Shown one piece after another: positions 19,935 to 30,241 of a DNA stretch of 64,000 nucleotides. Position 1 is the stretch's first letter. Every line of letters begins with the position of its first letter. The DNA comes from Candidatus Blautia faecigallinarum (GTDB lineage Bacteria > Bacillota > Clostridia > Lachnospirales > Lachnospiraceae). Position numbers and translations under genes: made by a program. The stretch is from the NCBI GenBank assembly GCA_019116385.1, contig DXBU01000017.1:2930-66929 (forward strand). Direction: 5' to 3'. The notes under the pieces were generated by a model. The model was not told where the DNA came from and searched no databases. It saw only the letters and a program-made list of their open reading frames with translations.

Positions 19935-20357
19935 CTAAGACAGGTTGATGATGATAAGTCCTGCGAGGATCAAAAGGAAGCAGGGAAGCCTCCTGAAGTT
20001 AAAGGGGATCTTCGGAACGCCGAACCAGCCGAAATGATCGATCACAGCGGAGATCACAAGCTGCCCGGTGACGGAGATGCAGGTCATGAAGGAGACGCCC
20101 AGGATCCCGATGCAGTAGCTGGAGCTTACCACAAGGAAGATCCCGAAAAAGCCTGCGGAATACAGGTACCAGGGCATTCCGGAAATCTTCAGTTTTTCGC
20201 CGGTGGTGGCCTTCATATATAAGATCAGAAGGATCCCGCCGATGGCATGGACCATAAAGCTCATGCCGAACATGCCCACATGGTTGGTGAGCATGCCGTT
20301 CAGGCTTGCCATGGCGGACTGGCAGGCGCCTGCCAGAAGGGTGAACAACGCGTACAT
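19935..20357 (-). CDS. DMT family (YdcZ-like) small transporter subunit
   Basis: PWYLYSAGFFG and GQLVISAVIDHFGWFG. Start placed after RBS ggagg. Confidence 0.82.
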   Translation of the reverse strand: MYALFTLLAGACQSAMASLNGMLTNHVGMFGMSFMVHAIGGILLILYMKATTGEKLKISGMPWYLYSAGFFGIFLVVSSSYCIGILGVSFMTCISVTGQLVISAVIDHFGWFGVPKIPFNFRRLPCFLLILAGLIIINLS

Positions 20358-20590
20358 ATACAGTACCTCCTGTATGCTATAAGAATCATCTGTCATAAAA
20401 TCTAATTGTTGAGTATGCCATATGTGAAATAAAAAAGCAATAGGATAAAAGAAAATATTTAATCGGGTTTTTGCAAAAAAAGTGTAGTAATTATAGGGAA
20501 AATGTTATAAAATAATCTTACTAAGCACAAATTGTTTGTTAAGATTGAAGAAAACACCCGATGAAGATTCTACAAAAAGGAGAGAAGTAC

Positions 20591-21991
20591 ATGAAGGCGT
20601 GGGAAATTGCACAAAAAGTTTTTACGGAAGCCAAGCCTGTCATCCGGACGGAAGAAGAGCAGACCTGGACGGACAACGTAGACGTATCCGGCTTCTATGA
20701 TCAGAATCTGGCATTGGACTGGGGAAGCAATGTACCAGGATCCGGCGCACCGGAGAAGATCATGGTCGCAGCCGTACAGGCACTGGAAAACAGAGGCTAC
20801 CAGGTAAGCCAGGCCGGTTACCGGTATCTGGAGGAAGGCCTCCGGGCACACGCGGACAGAGACTTTGTCCGGCTCCATCAACTGTCGGCCCTTCTGCGCA
20901 GAGAGCTGGCTCATGCGGTGAAGGACGAGAGTTCTCCCTATTGGGACTATAAATATTATACCTCTTTTGAGGAGTATGAGATGGCGGTAAGCTTTCCGGA
21001 AGCGGTTCCGGTGGATACCTCTACAGAGGATTTTAAAGAAAAGATCCACGCCGGATGGCTGGCTCAGCTCATCGGCGGAGCCATGGGGACCATGGTGGAA
21101 GGCTATACCCACGAAAACCTGGTAAAAGCGTTCGGCGACGTAAAAGGCTATCTGCGCCAGCCGAATACATACAACGACGACATCACCTTTGAACTGGCGT
21201 TCCTGGATGCTTTTTCAAAGAACGGCTATAACATCACTTCAGAAGATATCGCCTTATCCTGGGTGGGCCTGATCCCCTGCGGCTGGTCGGCAGAAGAGCT
21301 GGCTATCCGGAATATCAAAAACGGGATCTTCCCGCCGGAAAGCGGTACCTATAGAAATCCTTTCAATGAATGGATCGGAGCACAGATGCGCGGGGCCATC
21401 TGCGGCATGACGGCTCCGGGAGATCCATATCTGGCAGCGGGACTGGCCTGGAAGGACGGAGAAGTGTCCCATGCGAACAATGGTATTTTAGGCGAAGTCT
21501 TTAATGCGGTCATGGCATCCCTTGCTTTTGTCACAGACGACATAAGAGAGATCGTAAAAAAAGCAATGGACATGATCCCAAAAGACAGTGAATATTATTC
21601 GGTGATCTCATTCGCGTATGACTGCTGTCTGCGGTATGAGGACTGGGAGGACGCCCTCAGGGCCTGTGAGGAAAAATACCACAGGTACAACTGGATCCAC
21701 GCTTATCCCAACGCCTGCTGTGAGATCATCGCATTAATATACGGGAACGGGGATTTCCGGGAAACACTCCACATCATCACCATGTGCGGGATCGACGTGG
21801 ACTGCAACGCGGGAATGATCATGCCGCTCCTGGCGATACAACAGGGGATCTCTTCAATCCCTGAAGAATTGATTCATCCGGCTTTCGGAGAACTGATCAC
21901 CTATATGAGAGGGGAATACCGGAAGCTGTCCATGGAGGAATTGGTTCAGAAAACGATCAACAGCATTAGAAATGCTGAGCATCAAAAATAA
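20591..21991 (+). CDS. ADP-ribosylglycohydrolase family protein
   Basis: GWLAQLIGGAMG, TYNDDITFE, WIGAQMRG, SHANNG and GIDVDCNAG resemble ARH metal-binding segments. Alternative start at 20561. Confidence 0.8.
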   Translation: MKAWEIAQKVFTEAKPVIRTEEEQTWTDNVDVSGFYDQNLALDWGSNVPGSGAPEKIMVAAVQALENRGYQVSQAGYRYLEEGLRAHADRDFVRLHQLSALLRRELAHAVKDESSPYWDYKYYTSFEEYEMAVSFPEAVPVDTSTEDFKEKIHAGWLAQLIGGAMGTMVEGYTHENLVKAFGDVKGYLRQPNTYNDDITFELAFLDAFSKNGYNITSEDIALSWVGLIPCGWSAEELAIRNIKNGIFPPESGTYRNPFNEWIGAQMRGAICGMTAPGDPYLAAGLAWKDGEVSHANNGILGEVFNAVMASLAFVTDDIREIVKKAMDMIPKDSEYYSVISFAYDCCLRYEDWEDALRACEEKYHRYNWIHAYPNACCEIIALIYGNGDFRETLHIITMCGIDVDCNAGMIMPLLAIQQGISSIPEELIHPAFGELITYMRGEYRKLSMEELVQKTINSIRNAEHQK

Positions 21992-22007
21992 AAGGAGGAA
22001 ATGAAAT

Positions 22008-23138
22008 ATGAAGAAAAAATTCTTAGCAGCAACACTTTCCGCAGCAATGGTACTTTCTCTTGGAGTATCCGCGGTACCTGTAATGGCAGAGGACGACGGC
22101 GAGCCCTATAAGGCGGCCCTCCTTCTGAATGGTACTCTTGGAGACAAATCCTTCTATGATTCCGCAAACGCAGGCCTGACCGCTCTTCAGGAAGAGCTTG
22201 GAGAGGACAAGTTCACCTTTAAGGTAGAGCAGATGGGCGCTACCGCTGCAGATGAAGCAAAATGGGAGCCGACCATTTATGATTATTGTGACGACGGATC
22301 CTACGACGTGATCATCTGCGGAACCTTCCAGATGCTCGCAGCACTTACAAACGCTGCCAACGACTATCCGGACCAGAAGTTCATCTACTTTGATGAAATG
22401 TTCGACTACAGCGCAGGCGGCGAAGAAAACGTATACAATGTAATGTACAAACAGAACGAGGTTTCTTATCTGGTAGGCGCTATGGCGGCTCTTATGACCA
22501 CAGATGAATCTCTGGAAATGGTCGATCCGTCCAATGCTATCATCGGATTCCTGGGCGGTATGGAAAACTCCGTTATCAAGGACTTCCTGGTAGGTTATAT
22601 CCAGGGTGCCCAGTCCATTAACCCTGATATCCAGGTAGCTCTGGCTTATGTAGGAAACTTCTATGATTCCGCAGCCGGAAAGGATATGGCGCTGACCCAG
22701 TACCAGAACGGCGCAGACGTTGGATTCAACGTAGCAGGAAGCGCCGGACTCGGACAGATCGAAGCGGCTGCAGACGCCGGCAGATATGCATTCGGTGTTG
22801 ACTCCGACCAGGCAGCTCTTCTTCCGGATTACGCGGCAAACATTCCTACTTCTGCTATCAAGAACGTAGGCAACTCCCTGATCCGTGCCATCAAGATGGA
22901 CATGGAAGGCGAGCTTCCTTACGGAACACTTGAGTACCTGGGATTTGCAGAAGGCGGCGTTGAGCTGGTAGAAGACGCTCACTATGAAGAGGTTGTTCCG
23001 GAAGAGATCCGTACACAGATCGCAGATCTGAAAGAGCAGATCACAAACGGCGACATTACTGTTCAGTCCGCACTTGGCGAAAATGCAATGAGCGAGGACG
23101 ATATTCAGGCTCTCATCGAATCTGTACAGGTAGGATAA
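22008..23138 (+). CDS. BMP family nucleoside ABC transporter substrate-binding protein
   Basis: GTLGDKSFYDSA, YKQNEVSYLVG, GFLGGM and AFGVDSDQ; signal peptide. Confidence 0.9.
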   Translation: MKKKFLAATLSAAMVLSLGVSAVPVMAEDDGEPYKAALLLNGTLGDKSFYDSANAGLTALQEELGEDKFTFKVEQMGATAADEAKWEPTIYDYCDDGSYDVIICGTFQMLAALTNAANDYPDQKFIYFDEMFDYSAGGEENVYNVMYKQNEVSYLVGAMAALMTTDESLEMVDPSNAIIGFLGGMENSVIKDFLVGYIQGAQSINPDIQVALAYVGNFYDSAAGKDMALTQYQNGADVGFNVAGSAGLGQIEAAADAGRYAFGVDSDQAALLPDYAANIPTSAIKNVGNSLIRAIKMDMEGELPYGTLEYLGFAEGGVELVEDAHYEEVVPEEIRTQIADLKEQITNGDITVQSALGENAMSEDDIQALIESVQVG

Positions 23139-23164
23139 GTATTTAAGCGGGCCTGGGCCCTGCG

Positions 23165-23203
23165 ATCCAGCCCCGGGTGATAAGGCCGGGGCTGGATTTT
23201 TTT
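23165..23203 (+). terminator. Stem-loop after the binding-protein gene (partial terminator or mRNA stabiliser)
   Basis: atccagccccgg/ccggggctggat stem followed by a T tract. Confidence 0.65.
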
Positions 23204-23256
23204 ATCTCAGAATATAAATTTCACATCAAATAAGAAAAGAGAAGGGGTGAGCAGAT

Positions 23257-24810
23257 TTGGATAATCAGATCGTATTACAGATGAACCACATCATGAAGAT
23301 TTACGGAAATGGTGTGGTTGCAAATGAGGATGTATCCTTAGAGCTGCGAAAAGGCGAGATCCACGCGCTGCTGGGAGAGAACGGCGCGGGGAAAAGTACC
23401 CTGATGAAGGTGCTCTTCGGCATTGAGGCGCCGGATCAGGGAGAGATCCTGCTGAACGGACAGCAGACCACCATCCGGTCTCCGCAGGATGCCATCAGCA
23501 AGGGCATCGGTATGGTGCATCAGCATTTCATGCTGGTTCCCTCCCTCACGGTGGCGGAAAACATCATCCTGGGCGTTGCGCCCAAGAAAGGGCCTTTCAT
23601 TGACATGGACAAGGCGGTGGAAGCCGCTTCAAACATTGCCAGAGAATATAATTTTGATATCGACGTGCGCCAGAAGGTGGAGGAGATCCCGGTAGGCATC
23701 AAGCAGAAGGTGGAGATCCTGAAAGCCCTGTACCGGGGAGCAGAGATCCTGATCCTGGACGAGCCCACTGCCGTTCTTACACCGCAGGAGACAGAAGAGC
23801 TGTTCGTACAGCTTATGAAGCTTAGGGAAAAAGGGCATACGATCATCTTTATCTCCCATAAGCTGGACGAGATCAAGCAGATCTGTAACCGCGCCACCAT
23901 CATGAGGAACGGCAAGAGCATGGGAACCTACGAAGTGGCGGACATCTCCACCCAGGAAATGTCAAGACTGATGGTAGGAAGAGAGGTATCCCTGAAATTT
24001 GATAAAAAAGAACAGCACCTTACAGACAATGTGTTCCTGAAGGTGAGAAATCTCACCGTACATAATTCCCAGGGCGTCCTGAAGGTGGACGATCTGTCCT
24101 TTGACTTAAAGGGCGGCGAGATCCTGGGGATCGCAGGCGTGGAAGGAAACGGACAGACCGAACTGGTGGACACCCTCACCGGTCTGAACAAACGATACAA
24201 GGGGACGATCCAGCTCAAGGGAACGGATATTGCCGCGGCATCGATCCAGGCGATCCGCGATATGAAGCTGGCAAATATCCCGGAAGACCGTATGACCTCC
24301 GGCTGCGCGGGAACCCTGAGTATCCAGGAAAACCTGTTTTCCAACCAATACCGCAGCGAAAAATATTCCGGCCGTTTCTTCATGAAGAAAAAAGCCATTG
24401 AGTCCAGAAGCGACGAGCTGATCAAAGAATATCTGATCAAATGTAAATCCAGAAAGCAGAATGTAGGAATGCTCTCCGGAGGAAATATCCAGAAGGTGAT
24501 CGTTGCCAGAGAATTTTCCACCGGACCGGACATCATCATCGCAAACCAGCCTACCCGCGGTATCGACGTAGGAGCGGCGGCATTTATCCGTAAGCGTCTT
24601 CTGGAGTTCCGGGACGCCGGCTGCGCCATCCTTCTGATCTCCGCCGACCTGACCGAGATCTTCTCCTTAAGCGACCGTCTGGCGGTTATGTACAAAGGAA
24701 AATTTGCAGGCTTCTTTACCGACGTGGAGCACGTAACGGAAGACGAGCTTGGCCAGCATATGCTGGGCATCAAGCATGACGATGTATTGGAGGGTGTAAT
24801 GTATGAGTAG
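23257..24810 (+). CDS. Nucleoside ABC transporter ATPase (two NBDs)
   Basis: GENGAGKSTL, VHQHFMLV, LDEPTAVLT, LSGGNIQK and QPTRGIDVGA. Confidence 0.93.
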   Translation: MDNQIVLQMNHIMKIYGNGVVANEDVSLELRKGEIHALLGENGAGKSTLMKVLFGIEAPDQGEILLNGQQTTIRSPQDAISKGIGMVHQHFMLVPSLTVAENIILGVAPKKGPFIDMDKAVEAASNIAREYNFDIDVRQKVEEIPVGIKQKVEILKALYRGAEILILDEPTAVLTPQETEELFVQLMKLREKGHTIIFISHKLDEIKQICNRATIMRNGKSMGTYEVADISTQEMSRLMVGREVSLKFDKKEQHLTDNVFLKVRNLTVHNSQGVLKVDDLSFDLKGGEILGIAGVEGNGQTELVDTLTGLNKRYKGTIQLKGTDIAAASIQAIRDMKLANIPEDRMTSGCAGTLSIQENLFSNQYRSEKYSGRFFMKKKAIESRSDELIKEYLIKCKSRKQNVGMLSGGNIQKVIVAREFSTGPDIIIANQPTRGIDVGAAAFIRKRLLEFRDAGCAILLISADLTEIFSLSDRLAVMYKGKFAGFFTDVEHVTEDELGQHMLGIKHDDVLEGVMYE

Positions 24811-25867
24811 TGCAAAAAGATTTGAAATCCTGCGGACTGTGTTCGCTGTTGTGGTTGCACTGGCAATCTCTTTTGTCATCATCTTTTTGGTGAGCGAGCA
24901 GCCATTGGAAGCGATCAAGCAGTTGCTGACGGGACCGCTTACCAGCAAACGAAACTTCGGTAACGTGCTGGAATCCATGATCCCCCTTATTTTTACCGGT
25001 ACCGGCGTATGTATCATGTTCTCCGCCAACCAGATCAACCTGGCAAGTGAGGGCGCGTTCCATATCGGCGGTCTGATCGCCACCTGCGTGGCCATCAATA
25101 TGACGGCAAGATTTGTCTCCCCTGTGACGGCCATGATCTGTGCAGGACTGGCGGGCGCACTGTTTACCGCGATCCCGGCGATCATGAAGATCACCACCAG
25201 CGCTCCGGAGCTGGTATCTTCGCTGATGATCAACTATATTGCTCTGTATTTCGGAAACTATATGCTCAATAACGTGATCGGCGACCCGAGAGCCAGCGCA
25301 GCTTCCTACGTTCTTTCCGATGCTTCCAAGCTTCCGGTATGGCTTTCCAGGACCCGTGTCCATGTGGGCTTTTTCATCGCCATCGGCGTGGCTGTCCTGG
25401 GCTATATCTTCCTGTACCGGACAAAGATGGGCTATGAGCTCCGTCTTACCGGTGAGAACGGCGAGTTTGCCAAGTATTCCGGCATCAATATCATTAAGGT
25501 CATTATGGTCTCCCAGCTTCTGGGCGGCTTTGTGGCCGGGCTTGGCGGCGGCGTGGAAATGCTGAGCCCCATTTATCAGAGATTTACCTGGACGGCGCTC
25601 CTGGGCTATGGCTGGGACGCCATCGTGATCTGTACCCTGGCAAAGAAAAATCCTTTGTATACGCCTTTTGCCGCACTGTTCCTGGCATACCTGCGGACCG
25701 GAGCGTCCATCATGTCCAGAAGAACGGATGTTACGCTGGAGATCGTACAGATCACACAGGGTATCATCATCATGCTGGTTGTGGCGGAGCAGTTCCTGAG
25801 CAAGTATAAGCACAAGATGATCGCAAAAGAGGCGAAAGCGGCTCTTAAAGAAGAGGAGGTGGCATAA
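24803..25867 (+). CDS. Nucleoside ABC transporter permease
   Basis: NLASEGAFHIGG and ELVSSLMINY; operon context. Confidence 0.9.
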   Translation: MSSAKRFEILRTVFAVVVALAISFVIIFLVSEQPLEAIKQLLTGPLTSKRNFGNVLESMIPLIFTGTGVCIMFSANQINLASEGAFHIGGLIATCVAINMTARFVSPVTAMICAGLAGALFTAIPAIMKITTSAPELVSSLMINYIALYFGNYMLNNVIGDPRASAASYVLSDASKLPVWLSRTRVHVGFFIAIGVAVLGYIFLYRTKMGYELRLTGENGEFAKYSGINIIKVIMVSQLLGGFVAGLGGGVEMLSPIYQRFTWTALLGYGWDAIVICTLAKKNPLYTPFAALFLAYLRTGASIMSRRTDVTLEIVQITQGIIIMLVVAEQFLSKYKHKMIAKEAKAALKEEEVA

Positions 25868-25869
25868 GT

Positions 25870-26790
25870 ATGTGGAATGCGATTTTATCCCCTGATTTTT
25901 TCAGCGCAATCTTAAGATCCGCCACTCCGATCCTGTTTGCCGCTTTGGCAGCGGGCGTGGCTTCAAAATCCGGTATCACCAACATGGCTCTGGAAGGGAT
26001 CCTTCTCTTTTCCGCCCTGTTTGGCGTTATCTTTTCCTCACTGACCCACAGCGCGTGGCTGGGCCTTCTGATCACTATGATCATCGGCGGCCTGATCGGC
26101 CTGATCCTGGCCTTCTTCGTGCTGAACCTGAAAACAGATGAGATCCTTGCGGCGATCGCCATCAACCTGGCGGCTACCGGCGGAACCGTTCTGATCATGC
26201 TGTATTTCTCCGGCGATCGTGGTGTTTCTTCTTCTATCCGAAGTTTTGCCACGCCGACGGTGACCATCCCGGTCATTGATAAGATCCCCTTTATCGGAGA
26301 GATCCTTTCCGGTCAGAATGTCCTGACCTGGCTGTCTCTGGTGGCAGTGGTGATCATGCACCTGTTCCTGTACAAGACTCCTCTGGGACTTGCGATCCGC
26401 GCCGTGGGCGAAAATAAAAACGCTGCGGAATCCGTAGGCATCAGCTCCAGGAGGATCCAGTACATTGCCCTGATCTTAAGCGGCGTGCTGGCAGCTATGG
26501 GCGGCTTCTACCTGTCCGGCGGATATATGAACATGTTTACAAAGGACATGGCCGGCGGCCGTGGTTACATTGCTCTGGCGGCATCCAGCATGGGCGGGAA
26601 CACTCCTGTGGGAGGATTTCTGGTATCCCTGCTCTTCGGTGCGGCCCAGGCGCTGGCCAATATCATGCAGCTTACCTCTGTGATGCCTTATGAGATCATC
26701 CTGATGGTGCCGTATCTGACCACACTGATCGGCCTTGGTATCTACTACTACAGCAGAAAGAAAAAGAGGGAGCGTTTAAGTGGCAAATAA
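25870..26790 (+). CDS. Nucleoside ABC transporter permease
   Basis: SGITNMALEG, YKTPLGLAIRAVGEN and GRGYIALAA. Confidence 0.92.
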   Translation: MWNAILSPDFFSAILRSATPILFAALAAGVASKSGITNMALEGILLFSALFGVIFSSLTHSAWLGLLITMIIGGLIGLILAFFVLNLKTDEILAAIAINLAATGGTVLIMLYFSGDRGVSSSIRSFATPTVTIPVIDKIPFIGEILSGQNVLTWLSLVAVVIMHLFLYKTPLGLAIRAVGENKNAAESVGISSRRIQYIALILSGVLAAMGGFYLSGGYMNMFTKDMAGGRGYIALAASSMGGNTPVGGFLVSLLFGAAQALANIMQLTSVMPYEIILMVPYLTTLIGLGIYYYSRKKKRERLSGK

Positions 26791-27742
26791 AAGAAAGATC
26801 ATTATGGACTGCGATCCGGGGATCGACGACGCGGTGGCCCTTTGCCTGGCCGCCGCCCACCCGGAGGCATTTGAACTGTTAGGCATTACCACTGTGGCAG
26901 GAAACCAGACCATAGAAAAGGTCACGGAGAACGCCCTGCGGCTTACTGATTTTTATGGACTGGACGTTCCGGTGGCAAGAGGGGCGAAAACCCCGATCCT
27001 CCGTCCGCCGGTGACGGCTTCGGATATCCATGGAAAGAACGGGATCGGAGATGCAGAGATCCCGGCTTCAGAGAGACAGGCAGTGCCGGAGACGGCGGTC
27101 CTGTTTATGAAAAAGCTTTTTGACGGGCTGGGTGAAGGGGAGAAGATCACACTGATTCCCACCGGCCCTCTCACAAATGTCGCCCTGTTGTTCGACGTTT
27201 TTCCGGAGGTTAAGGAAAAGGTGGAGGAGATCATCCTCATGGGCGGCGCGGCTTCGGGCGGAAATGTGACCCCGGCAGCGGAATTTAATATTTATGAAGA
27301 CCCGGAAGCGGCAGCCATTGTTTTTGACAGCGGGATCCCGGTGGTCATGTGCGGCCTGGACGCCACACACCTTTGCGGGATAAGCTGGGAAAACGCTGCG
27401 GCCCTCAGGGAAAATGGCGGCAGGATCGCCCGGGCCGTAGGGGAAATGGTAAGTTTTTATCTGAAAAGTCCGGCCTATAAAAACAGAAAGGCGGCCTGCA
27501 TCCATGATGCGGTGACCTTTATGTATCTGCTCCACCCGGAAATCTTCAAGGGTGTGAAGATGCCGGTGACGGTAGACTGTTCAGATGGAATCATGCGCGG
27601 GAATACCCTTTGCGATATGCGGGGATTTGTTCCGGAAGAGGGACTGCAGGTCACGGTCCTTATGGATGCGGACGGAGATAAATTCCAGGAATACCTTCTG
27701 GAGGCCGTGCGTTCCCTGGACGGCAGCCTGAGGGGCAGGTAG
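26780..27742 (+). CDS. Inosine-uridine preferring nucleoside hydrolase family
   Basis: DCDPGIDDA, TGPLTNVA, AEFNIYEDPEAA and IHDA. Confidence 0.93.
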   Translation: MANKRKIIMDCDPGIDDAVALCLAAAHPEAFELLGITTVAGNQTIEKVTENALRLTDFYGLDVPVARGAKTPILRPPVTASDIHGKNGIGDAEIPASERQAVPETAVLFMKKLFDGLGEGEKITLIPTGPLTNVALLFDVFPEVKEKVEEIILMGGAASGGNVTPAAEFNIYEDPEAAAIVFDSGIPVVMCGLDATHLCGISWENAAALRENGGRIARAVGEMVSFYLKSPAYKNRKAACIHDAVTFMYLLHPEIFKGVKMPVTVDCSDGIMRGNTLCDMRGFVPEEGLQVTVLMDADGDKFQEYLLEAVRSLDGSLRGR

Positions 27743-27802
27743 CCGCGCGGGTATCGCCTGCCGGCTCCCAGCGGCTGAAAGGGCCGCAGGCATGAAAAGC
27801 AG

Positions 27803-27841
27803 AAAATAACAGCTTCGTACAGATCTATACGAAGCTGTTAT
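27803..27841. terminator. Bidirectional terminator
   Basis: ataacagcttcgta/tacgaagctgttat inverted repeat between convergent genes. Confidence 0.75.
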
Positions 27842-27844
27842 AGC

Positions 27845-28747
27845 TTAAAGAAGTTTTAATTTTTCAAATTCTTCATCCGGAAGGAGAGCGGAAGTAGTCC
27901 CTACAACGGCGGCGGCCACCATGTTTGCCTTGGCTATGGCTTTTGGGAGGGGATCGCCTTTTTTCAGGCAGGCCATGACAGAGCCGATGTGGGAATCCCC
28001 TGCGCCGATGGTATCTGCCAGATTTACGGAAAAGGCGGGAATGGTCTCTTCCTTTTCTCCGTCGAAATAATAGCAGCCATTGGCTCCCAGTGTGACAATC
28101 ACCGTATTGTGCGTTTTTTCATACAGAGCCCTGGCAGCCTGGGAAACGGAGTTTTCCTCTGTGACGGACAGGACCTCGGTCTCATTTAAATGAAGCACCG
28201 GGGAAAGGCAAAAGAGTCTGGCCAGAAGCCAGGGATCGATGCGGGAAATACGGGGGCCGGGAGCAAAAAAGACCTTCAGCCGGGGATTCTTTTCCAGAAA
28301 ATCCACGATGACCGGGCCTGTGCTTTCCTCGATCTCCAGACCGCAGATGTAAACGGAATCGATCTCTTCCAGATCAAGGAGCCGGAACCATTCCTCGCGG
28401 AAAAGATATTCCGCGCCGTGATCACAGACAAAGGTGCGCTCGCCGGTGTTTTCCACAAAACAGTAACAGCAGCCGTTGTCCTTATCCGGGGTGGGGATGG
28501 GGGAGGAGATCCCCCGGCGGTGTAATTCTTCCCGGACGAAGTGGCCGTAAGTTCCGGTCCCTACAGGGGAGAAGAGGATATAGGGCACCTGAAAGTGCCG
28601 GATGGATTCCGAAACATTAAAGGCGCAGCCGCCCAGAGACATCTGCTGGCGGCGCACATGGACGTCTTCTCCTGTTCTGGGGAGGCGCTCCATCAGTTCA
28701 ATGATTACGTCTACTACGGTAGATCCGATAACTAATATTTTTTTCAT
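27845..28747 (-). CDS. PfkB family carbohydrate or nucleoside kinase
   Basis: LGGCAFNV, VTLGANG and DTIGAGDSHIG signature. Confidence 0.9.
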   Translation of the reverse strand: MKKILVIGSTVVDVIIELMERLPRTGEDVHVRRQQMSLGGCAFNVSESIRHFQVPYILFSPVGTGTYGHFVREELHRRGISSPIPTPDKDNGCCYCFVENTGERTFVCDHGAEYLFREEWFRLLDLEEIDSVYICGLEIEESTGPVIVDFLEKNPRLKVFFAPGPRISRIDPWLLARLFCLSPVLHLNETEVLSVTEENSVSQAARALYEKTHNTVIVTLGANGCYYFDGEKEETIPAFSVNLADTIGAGDSHIGSVMACLKKGDPLPKAIAKANMVAAAVVGTTSALLPDEEFEKLKLL

Positions 28748-28886
28748 GGCAGCTCCTTTAGCGGTTACGGGGACAGGCTCCCCGGGATTTGTAAAAATTG
28801 TCAGGAAACCGCCGGAGACGGCGGTTCCGCTACGGATGTTATGCTATCACAGTTTAATTTTGCTGGCAATATGGAAAGGAGAATTT

Positions 28887-30191
28887 ATGGGAAAAACCAT
28901 TCTTTTAAAGAACGCTTCGCTGCTCACGGAAGAGGCGGAGTGCATTTCCTCCCAAAATGTGTATGTAAAAGACGGCAAGATCGAAAAGATCCTTCCCGGG
29001 GACAGGGACGACGGCTCCCTGAAGGCGGAGGAGACCATAGACTGCAGCTCTTACTATGTAAGCCCCGGACTTGCCAACCTGCATACCCATACGGCGATGA
29101 ACATTTTCAAGGGCATTGCCGAGGATGTGACGGCAGACGCCTGGTTCAACGAGATGATCTGGCCCTATGAAAGCAAGATGACGGACGACGATGTTTATAT
29201 CGGAACCTTGCTTGGGATCGCAGAAATGCTCAACAACGGTGTGACTGTTTTCGCGGATCATTATTTCGGGGAAGAACAGGTTTTAAAGGCTGTGAAGGAA
29301 ACCGGAATCCGGGGGGATCTGGCGCCCACGATTTTCGGTGCGGCCCCGGAATTCCCGGAGCGCCTGGCACAGGTTAAAGAGTTTATTACGAACCACAGGA
29401 ACGATTCAGATAAGATCGCCTTCCATATGGGCCCCCACGCCAATTATACCTGCCCGGCACCTACCCTGGGGCAGATCGTGGACGAAGCGAAGGCTCTGGA
29501 TCTTCCCATCCATCTTCATGTATCCGAGGAGGACGTGCAGGTGGAAAAGGCAAGAGCGGAAACCGGCCTGACGCCTTTCGGGATCCTCCACGAAGCAGGG
29601 GGATTTGACTGCAAGGTGCTCATCGGACACGGACTCTGGGTGGAAGAAGAGGATCTGAAATATTTAAGAGACGATACCTGGTTTGCCTTCTGCCCGAAGA
29701 CGTATATGAAGCTGGCTTCTGGCAGAGGCGGATTTTTCGATTATTATAAACAACTGAATTTCGGCTTCGGGACAGACGGGGCGGCCAGCTCCAATACCTT
29801 AAATCCTGTGGAACAGGCGCGGCTCTTCGGGCTTCTGGGAAAGTTCCAGGACAGGAACGCGGCGGCTTTCGACGCGCCTTTTATCTGGAAGCACCTGATG
29901 AAGAGCCATGAAGCCTTTCCATTTAAGAGCGGAAGGCTCGCGGAGGGCGCGCCGGCGGATCTGGTGATCTGGGATCTGTATCAGCCGGATACCTTCCCCT
30001 TCTACAGTCCGATCTCGGCCATCCTTTACAGCAGCAACAGCCAGAATGTAAAGTACACCATGGTGGCAGGTGAATTCCTGAAATACGACGGAAAGCTGAA
30101 GATGGATACAGAGACGCTCAGGAAGGAAGCGATCCGCCTTCAGAAGGATCTTCTGGCCAGAGGAAAAGGAAAGGCGGAAGTAAGCTACTGA
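28887..30191 (+). CDS. Second amidohydrolase (nucleoside deaminase-like)
   Basis: HTHT, MGPHANY, HLHVSE, GHGLW and GTDG. Start placed after RBS aaaggag. Confidence 0.87.
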   Translation: MGKTILLKNASLLTEEAECISSQNVYVKDGKIEKILPGDRDDGSLKAEETIDCSSYYVSPGLANLHTHTAMNIFKGIAEDVTADAWFNEMIWPYESKMTDDDVYIGTLLGIAEMLNNGVTVFADHYFGEEQVLKAVKETGIRGDLAPTIFGAAPEFPERLAQVKEFITNHRNDSDKIAFHMGPHANYTCPAPTLGQIVDEAKALDLPIHLHVSEEDVQVEKARAETGLTPFGILHEAGGFDCKVLIGHGLWVEEEDLKYLRDDTWFAFCPKTYMKLASGRGGFFDYYKQLNFGFGTDGAASSNTLNPVEQARLFGLLGKFQDRNAAAFDAPFIWKHLMKSHEAFPFKSGRLAEGAPADLVIWDLYQPDTFPFYSPISAILYSSNSQNVKYTMVAGEFLKYDGKLKMDTETLRKEAIRLQKDLLARGKGKAEVSY

Positions 30192-30241
30192 TATCGTCCT
30201 GTGAGTACGGCGGCGGGCCGTATAATGAAAGAATTGGAGGA

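Noticed and set aside
24770-25813. Long antisense ORFs (e.g. 24770-25813, 22023-22982, 30185-31258, 46830-47756, 56377-57615)
   Set aside because: They are shadow frames opposite well-supported genes, expected from codon bias, and show no motifs or RBS.
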